Positions 24,460-36,932 of a stretch of 64,000 nt of DNA are shown here, piece after piece. This DNA comes from Octopus vulgaris (Eukaryota): contig OX597823.1 of NCBI GenBank assembly GCA_951406725.2, positions 79,670,001 through 79,734,000 on the forward strand, given 5' to 3'. The translations under genes and the position numbers were made by a program. A model generated the notes under the pieces. The model saw only the letters and a list, made by a program, of their open reading frames with translations. It ran no database searches and had not been told where the DNA came from. Within the stretch, counting starts at the first letter, position 1; every line of letters starts with the position of its first letter.

Positions 24460-26267
24460 CTGAAAAATTAGAAATACTAAATATATGTGGCTGCATGTGT
24501 GTATACATACTTACAAGAACAGAGACAAATACACAAATGTACATACATACTTACAAATACACATAGATACATACACACACAAAAGACAAATACACTCATA
24601 CACACACACACACATATACATAGATGAGTGAGTAGACAAAGAAGCACATAACATATTTGGTGGGAATAGATATATTAGTATTTGATTCAATCCCATATAA
24701 CCTGAAAGTTTTGTAGACTTGTCACTTGAGCATATCTGTGCTTCTACACTTTCCCTACAGAGTTTATTTATTTCTTCTTTTGTTCTGACCCTTTATCTGT
24801 CCCTCTCTTGTCCTACAGAACTTTTTCGTTTTCCTTTATGTTACTCCATATTTGTTGGTTTTTTGGGATATATGTAAAATTATTATAATTGTTTTATTTT
24901 GTCATTGTCCCGTACATTCGTTAGTTATTTCCAGTGGCTTAAAAATCCAACAATTGTATGTTAACCCTTTCGTTACTGTATTTTTTGAGATACTCTGTTT
25001 CTTTCAATCATTTTTAAATATAACAAAGAATTTAGTAAAATAACTAAGTTATCATTCAGCGAGTATTAGGAATATAAATTGAGACTAAGGTTTGGTGAAA
25101 GATTTTAATTCAAAACTTATGAAAACAAGACATTTGTACTACAGAGCCAGAGCCAGTTTTGGCCGGGTTGGTAACAAAAGGGTTGATGCAATTAAAACAA
25201 TTGTCGGATTTTTAAAGTAAGATCTAAAATAAGGATATGATTTTCTTCATACATTTTATTTGTTGTCGTTAATATTGTGAATTTTTTAAAATTTGATAAA
25301 AGGATTATTGGATTTACCTGTCGTGCATGAGGATTTACCTGGGGTCTGTATTCTACTTAACCATTTTCTTTTATATTGAGTCTTTAATTGATATCTGCCA
25401 GGTTTTTGTAAAATCCCATTTTTCTTCTAATTATATATATATATATATACATACAGACAGACATATAAAAGCAAAGCATATAGGTGCAGAAATAAGGTGG
25501 GAAATATAGCAGTGAGACAATAAAAGGCAGAGTAAAATATAGCATGGTTTAGTGGTTAGAGTGTTGCACTCAGGATAGCTAGATCCCGGGTTCAAATCCC
25601 AAACTGCATTGGGTTCTTGAGCAAAACACTTCATTTCATGCTACTCCAGATCACTCAGCTGTGAACGGGTAACCTTGCAACAGGTTAGGCCTTCCAGTCA
25701 GAGGGAATGATGCCAGCAGGGTAGTATCATTCAAAAGCTGAAAAAGTACACTGTGACCAGCGGTGTGTAACAACATCCAGTAGTCTGGTTGATCACACAC
25801 TCTCACAATTATAGCTGAAAGACTTCAACTAAAGTGAACCCCAAATAGACTCAGTGGGATGTGATTGCAATGTAGAACATTGTGAGGGACAGAACAGGTA
25901 AAGCAGCTAACGATGATTTGTTCATGAAGAGCCTAATTATGAACTGGTTCAGTCACTCTTAACAATTGGATGGGTTTCCTCCAGAAACTGTTCAGCCCCA
26001 GTTCAAGTAGACATATGATCAAATACATTCTGGCAATTACAATCCTGTCTTTTTTTTTTTTTCTGTCAGACATAGTTTACCTAGGATTACATCACTCAAC
26101 ATGTCCTTCCTTCCGTTTCTTTTCTAAGACAGCAGGGTCTTTCCCCTTAATCCCCCACTAACTCATTCACACACAAATGCATAAAAATGTTTAACAATAA
26201 AGCATTCAACACCGATAACAGAGAACAAAAAAAAAACAGAAAGAAACAAAGAAGGAAGAATAGATAC

Positions 26268-26383
26268 TCATGTTCCACTGCAATAACACTCTTGGTGGTC
26301 TTTGATTTCCTTAACAAATGAAGATGGTGCCATTTATTGATATAATTGGTGACTAGTTCTGTCAGAGTTATTAGAATCCGGCA
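26268..26383 (-). CDS. CENPI: CENP-I exon, CRILITLTELVTNYINKWHHLHLLRKSKTTKSVIAVEH(E)
   Basis: ttattcag acceptor; C..L..L.EL..N matches the family; the phase-2 donor is the atypical gtatct, so the 3' boundary is less certain. Confidence 0.8.
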
Positions 26384-27576
26384 CTGAATAAAATAAAACA
26401 AGAATTAGTCGTAGACATTCACAAGAACTATAAAGAGATTTAAAGGCGGTGCTCCAGCATGGCCACAGTCAAATGACTGAAACAAGTAAAAGAGTAAAAG
26501 AGATTAGTATTGTTGTGTGTCAGTAAGTCTCAATTTAGTAAACTAAAGGAATGAGTTTATGTTTATGTGCCAATGCTTTGTACATTCATTGTATCTATCG
26601 AAAGTATTATTTATATCTGTATTTTCTGATGAACGGCATTGTTAGAGACTGCAGAGAAGGCCTCAGAGTGGCTTTTGGGATGAAGAGGGGAGATTACTAC
26701 TATTGGGATGCTAAGTTGGGACTTAATATCAATCCTGGCTGGGTCAACTGGGTGAGTGGGGTTTGATGTTAGAAGACCCAAACCCCAGTGGAGACCCTAG
26801 AAACATCACTGATGATGCATCCCTGAACATTTGCAAGATGCATCTTAGAAACATAGCAATCTCCTCACCCCATATCCCTCTGCCTCCTCTTCCCCAAAGT
26901 TTCTCTGCCTCCTTGACACTCCTCCTCACCTTCCTCTCTTTGATCTTCCTGCATGAAACCCCTACACTGCTCTTTCCTTCAATGATTCACTCAGGTTTCT
27001 TCTCCCCATTAATCTATTACTTCCTTCCAAACCCTTTTCTCTCACACCTTCTGCCCACACTGGCCCCTTTTGATATTGGATAGCCCACTGCTTTTTCTCA
27101 ACCCTGTCACTACTTCTGTGAAGTGGTTGAAGCTAAGAAGGGCAACCAATGATAGCAACCAGACCAAAGAGGCCCTTGGTCTATGACACATACACATTAG
27201 ACCCTGTGAAACAATCCTACCTATTCCAGCATAGAAACTAGATGTAAAGTGCTTGATATTAGGATGAGCAGCCAGCCCTGGCAACCAGGCCAAAGAAATT
27301 GGTGCAAGATTCAGTCCATCGACTCATCAAACCCTGTCACACTGACCAACCTATGCCAGCACAGAAGCTAGATGTTGAAGAGGAGGAAGAGGAAGAAGGA
27401 GGAGGAGGAGGAGGAGAAAGAAGAAGGAGGATAAATACAGAGGACAAGCATTTCAGAGCATTTTCTTGAAATAAAAAAAAAATGATTATCACATTTGCAA
27501 AAAGTAAATATCAATTAAAACAGAATGAAGAAGAGAAGAGAAATATTAAAAGAGTAATGCAATATTCTGATTTTAC

Positions 27577-27641
27577 CTTTAAATAAGTTCCACGTCGGAA
27601 AAATATTTTCTTCAGGGGTTCTAACAGAATCTGATGGAGTT
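27577..27641 (-). CDS. CENPI: CENP-I exon, ELHQILLEPLKKIFFRRGTYLK
   Basis: attcag acceptor, gtaaaa donor; phase 1 to 0; similar to the recalled L...L..LFF.S..YFK. Confidence 0.88.
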
Positions 27642-28169
27642 CTGAATACAATATTTGAAAGGAAAATTAGAAAAGACAAAAAAAACGATAGATATCAGTA
27701 AGAAAGTAAAGATTTACAATAACTTATCACTGAAAATATAAAATTTTTAGATAATTTCTTCCTTGAATTAAAAAGTTTGCAAGTGTAACTTTTGTAAAAG
27801 CTGCAAACTTAGGCCACGTCTGATCAGAAAATCTGATTCAAGCCCAGGCTATGCCTGTTCCAATAATCAATAGTGACTTCATCAATTAATATTCTGCAAT
27901 GGTTCATAATACACAAGATGAGCTACAATGAGGGTACAAGAAATATATATATATATATATATATATATACCCAGGCCTATTCCCCATGTTTTAGGAGTGG
28001 GTAACCACAATAAGACACACACCAGGCATTCCATTCATTTCCCAGCTCAAAGAGGCGAGCCCCGTGCTATGCTCGGGTCAAGGCATCATCATCATAGAAT
28101 GCAATCCTCAGTATCAGCAGTGGGGCCCGACAGCATATGCTGGTTTAACCCCACTGCATCATGTTAGCT

Positions 28170-28445
28170 CTGTACTCCTTTGAGCAACATCAAATTCACT
28201 CAACCATCCACAAACACTCTCCAAGCTTTCCTATCATATAATAAATTCTCTTGCCACTCTCATTCCAACACCTCTAACCACCAAAGCTTTCCTCACTCCA
28301 TCCATCCACCCATCCACACAAACCGAGGTCTGCTTCTGGTCCTGTTGCCTACCACTTCTGCCTTCATCACCCTCCTTACCATCCACTCTTCATCCATCCT
28401 CTCCATGTGGCCAAACCACCTCAACATTCGTCTATCCATCCATGT
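28170..28445 (-). mobile_element. RTE-like LINE C-terminal fragment
   Basis: LRWFGHMERMDEEWMVRRVM...GNRTRSRPRFVW. Confidence 0.8.
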
Positions 28446-29203
28446 CACACCAAGAATCAATTGTGACTTCATCAATTAATATTCTGCAATAGTGCGGCGA
28501 GCTGGCAGAAACGTTAGCGCGCCGGGCGAAATGCGTAGCTGTATTTCGTCTGCCATTACGTTCTGGGTTCAAATTCTGTCGAGGTCGACTTTGCCTTTCA
28601 TCCTTTCGGGGTCGATAAATTAAGTACCAGTTACGCACTGGGGTCGATGTAATCGACTTAACCCGTTTGTCTGTCCTCTCTGTGTTTAGCCCCTTGTGGG
28701 TAGTAAAGAAATACATGTCACACCAAGAAGACAAGGGGGTGGGAGAAGGTTAGCACCTAATCTCACCTTAGTACTAGGGTCTTTCACGTGAGGTTAGAAA
28801 ATATTTAATAAAAGCTATTAAAATCTTAATAGAGAAAATTCATATATTAATAATTCAACATTTCACTATTAATCACTTGGTCTCAATGCACGTTTTATGT
28901 TAGTATTTAATTTATTCTTTTCATTACATTGTTAATATTGAATAATATTTTGCTTTTGTTTTTTGTTGTTTTGTTTTTTCCTTTTGCTGTTGTTCATCGA
29001 TCATTTGACTGGAATCTCGAAATAACTTTCTTCTCATTTTGTTGTTCTTTCTCAATATTGGATTCGTTACTTTTGATACATCTGGGTTGCATGAGATTAC
29101 GAAGGGAAATAACTCCAAAGTTTTTAAAAGAGTTAAGTATCTTTCCCAACAACATTGTTGATCAGTGTCCAAACAATATAAGCCATTTATAGTTCTCATC
29201 ATT

Positions 29204-30180
29204 AATGCCCTGATGCAGTAACAGGCAGTGGCTCTCATGGCTTCTGATCTTAACTGATTGGAAGTGTTATCATGTACATTGTTTTGTCTTGGTATAAAAG
29301 ATGGGTTACAGCAAATATTCTGCTCAATACCACAGATTTGCTTCTCAGTTGTTTGACCATAACCAGTTTAGCACGGCCCTTGGTGGCTGATGATATGCGC
29401 ATCATTGATCATGAGCAGAAGTAATGGGGGAGCATCATAGCCACGTGTTGAGAGGATTTCTTTATGGTGTAAATGATTCACCCCTGGAAACATGGGTGTT
29501 TCGTTCAACATCCTTAAACAAACCTTATTCAGGGGACTCTTGATTGGGATGGGCTACTCAATGTGAAGAAAATTCTAACATGCTGTGTACTTGGATATGA
29601 AATCACCATGTCATGCACATATGGTTGTGATGCATGTGCTTGGCGTACCCTCATCAGGCGGGTAGTCACGATGGGTATACTGGGCTTTGTATATTTTACT
29701 CCAGTGTGACTCTGATGGCATGCACTGCCATTTCATTCAATAATAATAATAATAATAATCATGCCCTGATGCAGTACCAGACAGTGGCTCTCATGGCTTC
29801 TGACCGTAACAGATTGCAAGTGTTACCATGCATATGTTTTGACTTGCTGTAAATGATGGGCTACAGCAAATATTCTGTTCAATACAGCAGATTTGCTTGT
29901 GAGCTGCTTGACCATAACTAGTTCAGCAAGTACCTCAGTGGCTGACGATATGTGCATCTCTGATAATGAGCAGGGGCAGTGGTGAAGCATTGCAGCCATG
30001 TGCTGAGAGGGATTCTTTGAGGTTTTAATAATTCACCTCTGGAAACATGGGTGTTTTGTTCATCATCCTGCAACAACCCTTATTCTGGGACCTTTTGAGT
30101 GTGATGGACTACCCAACCTGAAGAAAATTCTAACTGGACCCCAACTGCAAAGTCATGTGCTGTTTATCTTGGTATGAGAC
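29204..30180. repeat. Tandem pair of a roughly 555-bp unclassified element joined by (AAT)n; third copy at about 42556-43030
   Basis: atgccctgatgcagta.cag.cagtggctctcatggcttctga begins each copy. Confidence 0.8.
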
Positions 30181-31128
30181 TCTATGCCTCACAACCATGT
30201 ACATATAGGTGTAGGAGAGGCTGTGTGGTAAATAGCTTGCTTACCATCCACATGGTTCCAAGTTCAGTCCCACTGCGTGGTACATTGGGCAAGTGTCTTC
30301 TACTATTGCCTTGGGCTGACCAAAGCCTTGTGAGTGGATTTGGTAGGTGGAAACTGAAAGAAGCCCGTTGTATATATGTATATGTCTATACATCTGTGTG
30401 TCTGTGCTGTCCCCCCAACATAGCTTGACAATCGATGCTGGTGTGTTTATGTCCACCGTAACTTAGCGGTGCGGCAAAACACACTAATACAAAAAGTACT
30501 AAGCTTACAAAGAATAAGTCCTGGGGTCGATTTCCTCGACTAAAGGTGGTGCTCCAGCATGGCCAGTCAAATGACTGAAACAAGTAAAAGAGTAAAAAAG
30601 AATATAGTTGCGATAAACTGGCTAAAGAAATAACAAAAACAATAACATTAGCAATGAAGCCTATCGGGAGACCACCAAGAAAAAGTTCTCATCTAATTTC
30701 AATCAAAGTGATTTACATATCACCATGAATTCAAAAAGCAGTTATCTTTTTTTATTCCATTCCAGAGTTCAGAATTAGCTCTTTCATGTCAACAATCTTG
30801 TCATTCTCTATTTCTGTCCTTTTTTGAGGATAATCAAAATATAATAAGTAGGCGCAGGCATGGCTGTGTGGTTAGGGAGCTTGCTTCCTAGCTACATGGT
30901 TTCGGGTTCAGTCCCACTGCGTGGCACTTTGGGTAGGTGTCTTCAACTATAGCCCCGAGCCGACCGGAGCTTTGTGATTGAATTCGGTAGGTGGAAGTTA
31001 CTGCCGTGTGTCTATGTGTGCGTATAGCTGCTCAGTGCCTCTCCGAAAGAGAGAGAGGGAGAGAGGGAATAAATCTATTATTAGTAAAACATAAATCATA
31101 TTAACTACATTTTAAAAACCATATTTAC

Positions 31129-31246
31129 CTGAAAACTTGTGTATTCGGATGTGTGGAATCAATTTAAAAATGGACTGATTAAAATGAAATCCATCCCAGG
31201 TATCAAGAAACTGGTACAGAAAATATTCAATAGCTGGGGTGCCTTC
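31129..31246 (-). CDS. CENPI: CENP-I exon, EGTPAIEYFLYQFLDTWDGFHFNQSIFKLIPHIRIHKFS
   Basis: aatcag acceptor, gtaaat donor; conserved EG....E.FLY..L..WDG motif. Confidence 0.92.
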
Positions 31247-31785
31247 CTGATTGGGGTACAAATAAAATATAAATTAATTAATTCATCACCATCATGCTAA
31301 AATAATTCTGTAAGAAAAATGAGGTAAAAAACTAAAAAAAAAAAGGCCTTATGTCTAAAACTACATTCTCTCTAAAATAATTCTAAATTTGGTACAAGGC
31401 CAGGAATTTTGAGGGGAGGAGGTAAGTCAATTTCATACTTCACTGCTGCTTCATTTTATCAAACCCCCAAGAGTATAAAGACAAAGTTGACCTCACCAGA
31501 ATTTGAACTCAGAATGCAGAGAGCCAGAAAAAAAGTCATTAGGCATTTTGTTCAGCTTGCAAACAATTGTACCAGTTTGTAGCCTTAATGAGAAGTTATA
31601 TGTCCTAAATCACATGTAATGATTGAAACGAATAATCAATTATGCAAAGAAAATGGCATTTATCACCAATACGTTTTGCCACAGTGGCCATAAAGGCAAG
31701 AACAGAAAGACCATCACAATAAAAGAGAAATAAAACAGTCTAAAAATAATTAGACCGAAAAAAATAAAAAGAATATATACATATA

Positions 31786-32175
31786 GGCGCAGGAGTGGCT
31801 GTGTGGTAAGTAGCTTGCTAACCATTCACATGGTTCCGGGTTCAGTCCCAATGCGTGGCATCTTGGGCAAGTGTCTTCTGCTATAGCCCCGGGCCGACCA
31901 ATGCCTTGTGAGTGGATTTGGTAGACGGAAACTGAAAGAAGCCTGTCGTATATATGTATATGTATGTATGTGTGTGTGTTTGTCCCCCTAGCATTGCTTG
32001 ACAACCGATGCTGGTGTGTTTACGTCCACGTCACTTAGCGGTTCGGCAAAAGAGACCGATAGAATAAGTACTGGGCTTACAAAGAATAAGTCCCGGGGTC
32101 GATTTGCTCGACTAAAGGCGGTGCTCCAGCATGGCCGCAGTCAAATGACAGAAACAAGTAAAAAGAGAAAAAGAA
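31786..32175 (+). mobile_element. Full-length tRNA SINE with an internal (TA)/(TG) microsatellite and an AAAAGAGT-type tail (representative copy)
   Basis: A box tggctgtgtgg, B box ggttcagtcc, ttgggcaagtgtcttc core. Other copies at about 7361-7695, 9700-10161 (-), 14572-14990, 15210-15706, 30207-30598, 37119-37472 (-), 49650-50085 (-), 60088-60521, 61630-61980. Confidence 0.9.
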
Positions 32176-32861
32176 AAAAGAGAGATATATAATGCTGGTG
32201 CTTTATTACGGTTTTCAGAGTGCTTCAATTTACTTAATTGTTAAGAGCAGGTACCAGATCATCTTAAGACTTGACCTCAGTGAAAGCATATTTATCTCTT
32301 CATTGCTGTCATAAAACTGAAGCTAAATATCTCTCCTTTGGAGTCCTTCAGTGCCAAAAAATCACTGACAGTTCTCACATATGTTAGTGCTGCTCGGTCA
32401 AAGAATGTTGAAAATTGCTCCAAAACTGGTACTGGTCGTTAACAAAATATCCTTATGCAAAAGAAGCTATGATCTGCTTTGTTGTTCTATAGACAACTGC
32501 TGCTCATGCTTTCTCGTACCCTCTACGGAATATGATAAAGGATATTTACAGAAGAAAAATCAATGTTTGACAGAGGACAGATATATGTATGATAGTAGAA
32601 AAGTCTTTATTGAAAGTTTTAAATAGTGAGCAATATTTAGACAAAAATAAAGAGGAATTCTAAAAAAATGAAAAAATGATACTGCTATTACTTCCAACAA
32701 AAGCAATAATTCAATGTAAACGATACTTAGCAATATCTATAATAATAACGTTCTCCAATATTAAGAACTTTCATTCTTTTCCACAAAAGGAAATGACCTC
32801 AAAAAACAAAATAATTTACAATTATCAAAATCACGGAAAATAAAAAAGGAAAAATAAATAC

Positions 32862-32944
32862 CTTAACACGACGCATGAAGCCTGCTAACTTTGACAGAAA
32901 CTCTTCCAGATAATCAGAATATGGTACACTGTTTTCTAGAAAAG
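32862..32944 (-). CDS. CENPI: CENP-I exon, AFLENSVPYSDYLEEFLSKLAGFMRRVK
   Basis: ctgcag acceptor, gtattt donor; phase 1 to 0 fits both neighbours. Confidence 0.85.
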
Positions 32945-33029
32945 CTGCAGAAGAAGATAAAACATACTGGGTTCAGTAAGAATAAAAATCTGAGATAAGA
33001 TGACATACGTATGTACACAAATAACTAAA

Positions 33030-33077
<48 letters not shown>

Positions 33078-33082
<5 letters not shown>

Positions 33083-33657
33083 TTATGTAGAAAAATACAA
33101 ACTGGGACAAGAACGTAAAACATTTAGAAGACGATACAAAAAACACGGATGGGACATTCGAAGCCTTCAATCTTCAGTCAAGAATTAAGTACATATTCCT
33201 ATAAAATTTGGTACGACTACACACTGTCTCTCTCTCCTACATTTCTCTGCCTTTCACACTTTGCACTCTACTTTGATCTGTTGTCTTCGTCTGCCGATAA
33301 AGGCATTTTTTCAAAATACGCCAGCTAAACTTGTTGTACTGTTTATTAGTCGTAAGACACCCGCTGTTTTTACCATTACTGTTTTTTGTATTTTATATTC
33401 GTGTGGCATCGTCCGTTTTTCTGTCCCTGTTTTGTATACATTCGATCCTTCTTCCAAGAAATCTAATGCTCGTAGATTAGTTTTTCCTTGGGGCTGGCCG
33501 GATCAGAGCGATCTCAAGATTAATCAGCCGAAATTGCTACAATGATCCGGTTCTTGACTGAAGATTGAAGGCTTCGAATGTCCCGTCCGTGTTTTTTGTA
33601 TCGTCTTCTAAATGTTTTACATTCTTGTCCCAGTTTGTATTTTTCTACATAAAATAA
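33078..33657. mobile_element. Element with 107-bp inverted repeats, embedded in (TA)n; Penelope-like terminal-repeat architecture
   Basis: 33078-33184 is the reverse complement of 33551-33657 with two mismatches by eye. Confidence 0.75.
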
Positions 33658-33708
33658 TATATATAGCGGCGTCCGTACCCTCTTTGGCCTTGTATGTAAG
33701 TACATATT

Positions 33709-33751
<43 letters not shown>

Positions 33752-33821
33752 ATATACATACACACACACACACATATATATCTACACACATATGTTAATG
33801 ATTATTTTCGTATTCATTTAT

Positions 33822-34380
33822 CATCATCATCATCGTTTAACATCCGTTTTCCATGCTAGCATGGGTTGGACGGTTCGACCGGGGTTTGGGAAGCCAGGAG
33901 GCTGCACCAGGCACCAGTCTGATCTGGCAGTGATTCTACAGCTGGATGCCCTTCCTAACACCAACCACTCCGTGAGTGTAGTGGGTGCTTTTTACGTGCC
34001 ACCTGCACAGGTGCCAGGCGAGGCTGGCAACGGCCACGGTCGGATTGGTGTATTTTACGTGCCACCGGCACGGAAGATAGTCGAGGCGGCACTGACATCG
34101 GCCACGAGTCGGATAGTGCTTTTTACGTACCACCAGACCAGGGATCCTGGCTGGTTCAATTCGATTTCAATTGCCCCGTGGGTGCTATTTAGGTGACGCG
34201 AGCACAATTGCCAGGCAAGGCTGGCAACAGCTACGATTGGTTGGTGCTTTTTACGTGCCACCAGCACAGAGGCCAGTCGAGGCAGCGCTGGGAACGGCCA
34301 CGTTCGGACAGATCTCTTTATGTGGCACCGGCACTGGTATCACAACTACAATTTCCATTGATTTTTTTTTATCGATTTCG
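33822..34380 (-). mobile_element. SINE-like element with a V-domain-like aggaagggcatccagctgtagaa motif and a (GAT)n tail, plus internal tandem gtgctttttacgtgccacc units
   Basis: Same element at about 9885-9999, 14125-14323, 21110-21294, 38211-38380, 46353-46840, 50850-51206, 55864-56060, 60990-61143, 62381-62790, 62995-63250, 63466-63700. Confidence 0.8.
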
Positions 34381-34770
34381 ATTGCGTCAAGAAAACAATT
34401 TTACACATTAATTTGATGGGTTACTTTCTGCTTCCCTACAATACAAATTTATAATTCTTAAACAAGAATACTGTTGACAGAGACTTTGAAGTTTTGGCCA
34501 GTTAAGCCATTGTTGGACTATCTGACGATGGCCTATCAGCTTAAACTTTGAAATCATTGTCAATAATGTTCTGGCTTGGGAATTATAAATATATGTGTAC
34601 AAATATATGCATGTTGTTCGTTTGTGTATCAACTAAAATCCTTGATGGGCATGCCCCAGTATGGCCACAACCAAAAGACAGAAACCACTGCAAACAAGAA
34701 CAAAAATGAAAGATGAGACAAAAGTCTTTTTTTCAAAAGAGACTTCAAAGAGATTCCTGTGAAGACTTAC

Positions 34771-34891
34771 CATCGTAACAAGTGTGGTAGAGCCACCAAT
34801 TAAACTGGCCTGTTATGTGTCGCTTTTTGTTGTATGTGATCAGGTACTGAAGCAACGGATTATCAATCACAGAACCAATTTGAATTGGGAG
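34771..34891 (-). CDS. CENPI: CENP-I exon, LPIQIGSVIDNPLLQYLITYNKKRHITGQFNWWLYHTCYD
   Basis: ttgtag acceptor, gtaagt donor; matches the hallmark LPSQMGSVL.N.LL motif of CENP-I/Mis6. Confidence 0.92.
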
Positions 34892-35249
34892 CTACAATTA
34901 AAGATTAAAAAAGATATTCATGAAAAGACCAAGAATCACTTACTCTTTGACAAAACATTGCAAATGATCCCATGCTGTACTTTTTACACCTGGAAAAAGT
35001 TTAGCTCTAATTGTTAGATTGCTTCTGATCAGCATTCTTTAAATAAACAGTATTTACCAATACTGTTTAAATACTGTATTTACCAATGAAGACAGACATT
35101 TTTAATAAAAGAAAGCTCTGAAAAAGTGACCCCAGGTCCCATAAACTAATTTCGTTCCTGATGCTTACTTTTTCCAAAATAGGCACAGCTGAGATTAGGG
35201 TGTGTTGAATATGCTGGTGTGTCTTTTATGCCATAAATACGGCATTGTA

Positions 35250-36932
35250 TCAGGTTGGAATGAAAGTTGAGTTCGATTTTCTAAATGAAATTTTAGACAA
35301 CATTTATGAAAGTATTGCCTCTTGTTGTCAATCATGGAATGAAACAAAGAGTAATTTATATTTTCTTCTTTCAGGCTAAAAGAATATTGCTCAGTCTTCT
35401 TTGATGTTCACTTCAACCAAAGAACACATTAGATGTGCTTTACCATGCAAGTTTCATAAAGGTGTCAATGTGAGTGCAGCAGCAGCAAATTCCATTCAGA
35501 GTACTTAGGAGATGTAGTAAATGAAAGAAGTTGCAGGAATTGGTTTCCCCTGTTTTCAAAGTGGAAACTTAGGCAATGAGCCAAAGAAAGATCATCTGAA
35601 AGCTTTTGATTCCCAAGAGCTGGAAGATGTTATCACAGCAAACCCTGTTCCTAGTGCTAGGGAACTAGCCAAGAAATTCAAAGCAAGCCATACAACTATC
35701 CTATGCGAACTGATAAGAATTGGCAAGGCTTCAGTAGTTGGAAAATAGATCCTGCACGACCCGTCTCATGAGAATCTGCAACAATTTATTGCTTGTTGTG
35801 AGTCATTGCTTACACGACAAGTGTCACATGCCATTTTTGGAGAGGCTTGTTACTGGTGTTGAGAAGTGGATCCTTTATCATAGTATTTAACATTGATGTC
35901 AATGAATCAGTTGAGGAAGCAGACCAGCTCAGCAACCAAGAGGATGACTTCATCCAAAGAAGATCCTGAGGAATGTTATGGTGGGATATTCAGGAAATTA
36001 TCCATTGCAAACTGTTAGACACCAATCTTTACTGCAATCAACTTCATTGTTTGAAAGCAGCTTTGGACAAAAATCACCCATCCTAACAGAAAGGGAGTCA
36101 TTCTGCATCACGTTAATCTTTTCTACTCCAGGCACAAGGTCCAAAATTTTTGGGGAGGTGGCCAGTAGATTAGATCGAACCCAGTACTTAAATGGTACTT
36201 GCGAGCTGGCAGAAACGTTAGCACGCTGGGCGAAATGGTCAGCAGTATTTCGTCTATCGCTACGTTCTGAGTTCAAATTCCACCAAGGTCGACTTTGCCT
36301 TTCATCCTTTCGGGGCCGATTAAATAAGTACTAGTTACGCACTGGGGTCGATAAAATCGACATCCGTTTGTCTGTCCTTGTTTGTCCCTTCTGTGTTTAG
36401 CCCCTTGTGGGTAGTAAAGAAATAGGTACTTGATTTATCAACCCCGAAAGGATGAAAAGCAAAGTCAACCTTGGCGGAATTTGAACTCAGAACATAAAGA
36501 CACACGAAATACTGCTAAGCATTTCGCCTGGTGTGCTAACGTTTCTGCCAGCTCACCACGTTTGTGTGTGCATCACGATAATGCTCACCCACATACTACA
36601 CAACTGACAGAAGATCCCTTGGAAGAGCTCTGTTGAGAGAAATTGCTTCATCGTCCATATTCTCCTGTCCTTGCACCCTATGATTATCACTTGTTTAGGA
36701 GATCACAGAATCACTTGGATGGTCTTAGGTTGACATCAGGAGAAGAGGCTGAAAATAATTGGTATCATACTTTGCATCAAAAACTAAAGCATTTTACAAT
36801 CACAGCATCTATAAGCTTGTTGACAAGTGAAATAAGGTTCTATGAAGGAATGGTCATTATGAGAATAATTAAATATTTCTAGAAACATAAATAAAAACTT
36901 TACAATCAGACATAACTTTCATTCCAACCTGA
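35250..36932 (+). mobile_element. Degraded full-length mariner (DD34D) with nested SINEs
   Basis: TIR tcaggttggaatgaaagtt / aactttcattccaacctga, TA flanks; motifs VTGVEKW, HHDNAHPH, PYSPVLAPYDYHLFR. Confidence 0.9.

Noticed and set aside
26147-26267. Extension of the CENP-I exon to a downstream gttagt donor
   Set aside because: It would add a poly-T-derived Phe/Leu stretch not expected in CENP-I; kept only as the alternative to test.
31786-31860. tRNA genes at SINE heads
   Set aside because: Only A/B-box-like motifs followed by SINE bodies; no complete cloverleaf seen.
33612-34196. Longest non-LINE ORF (194 aa)
   Set aside because: Made of microsatellite plus the antisense of a repeat; the same LQLDALPNANHS peptide appears in many repeat copies.
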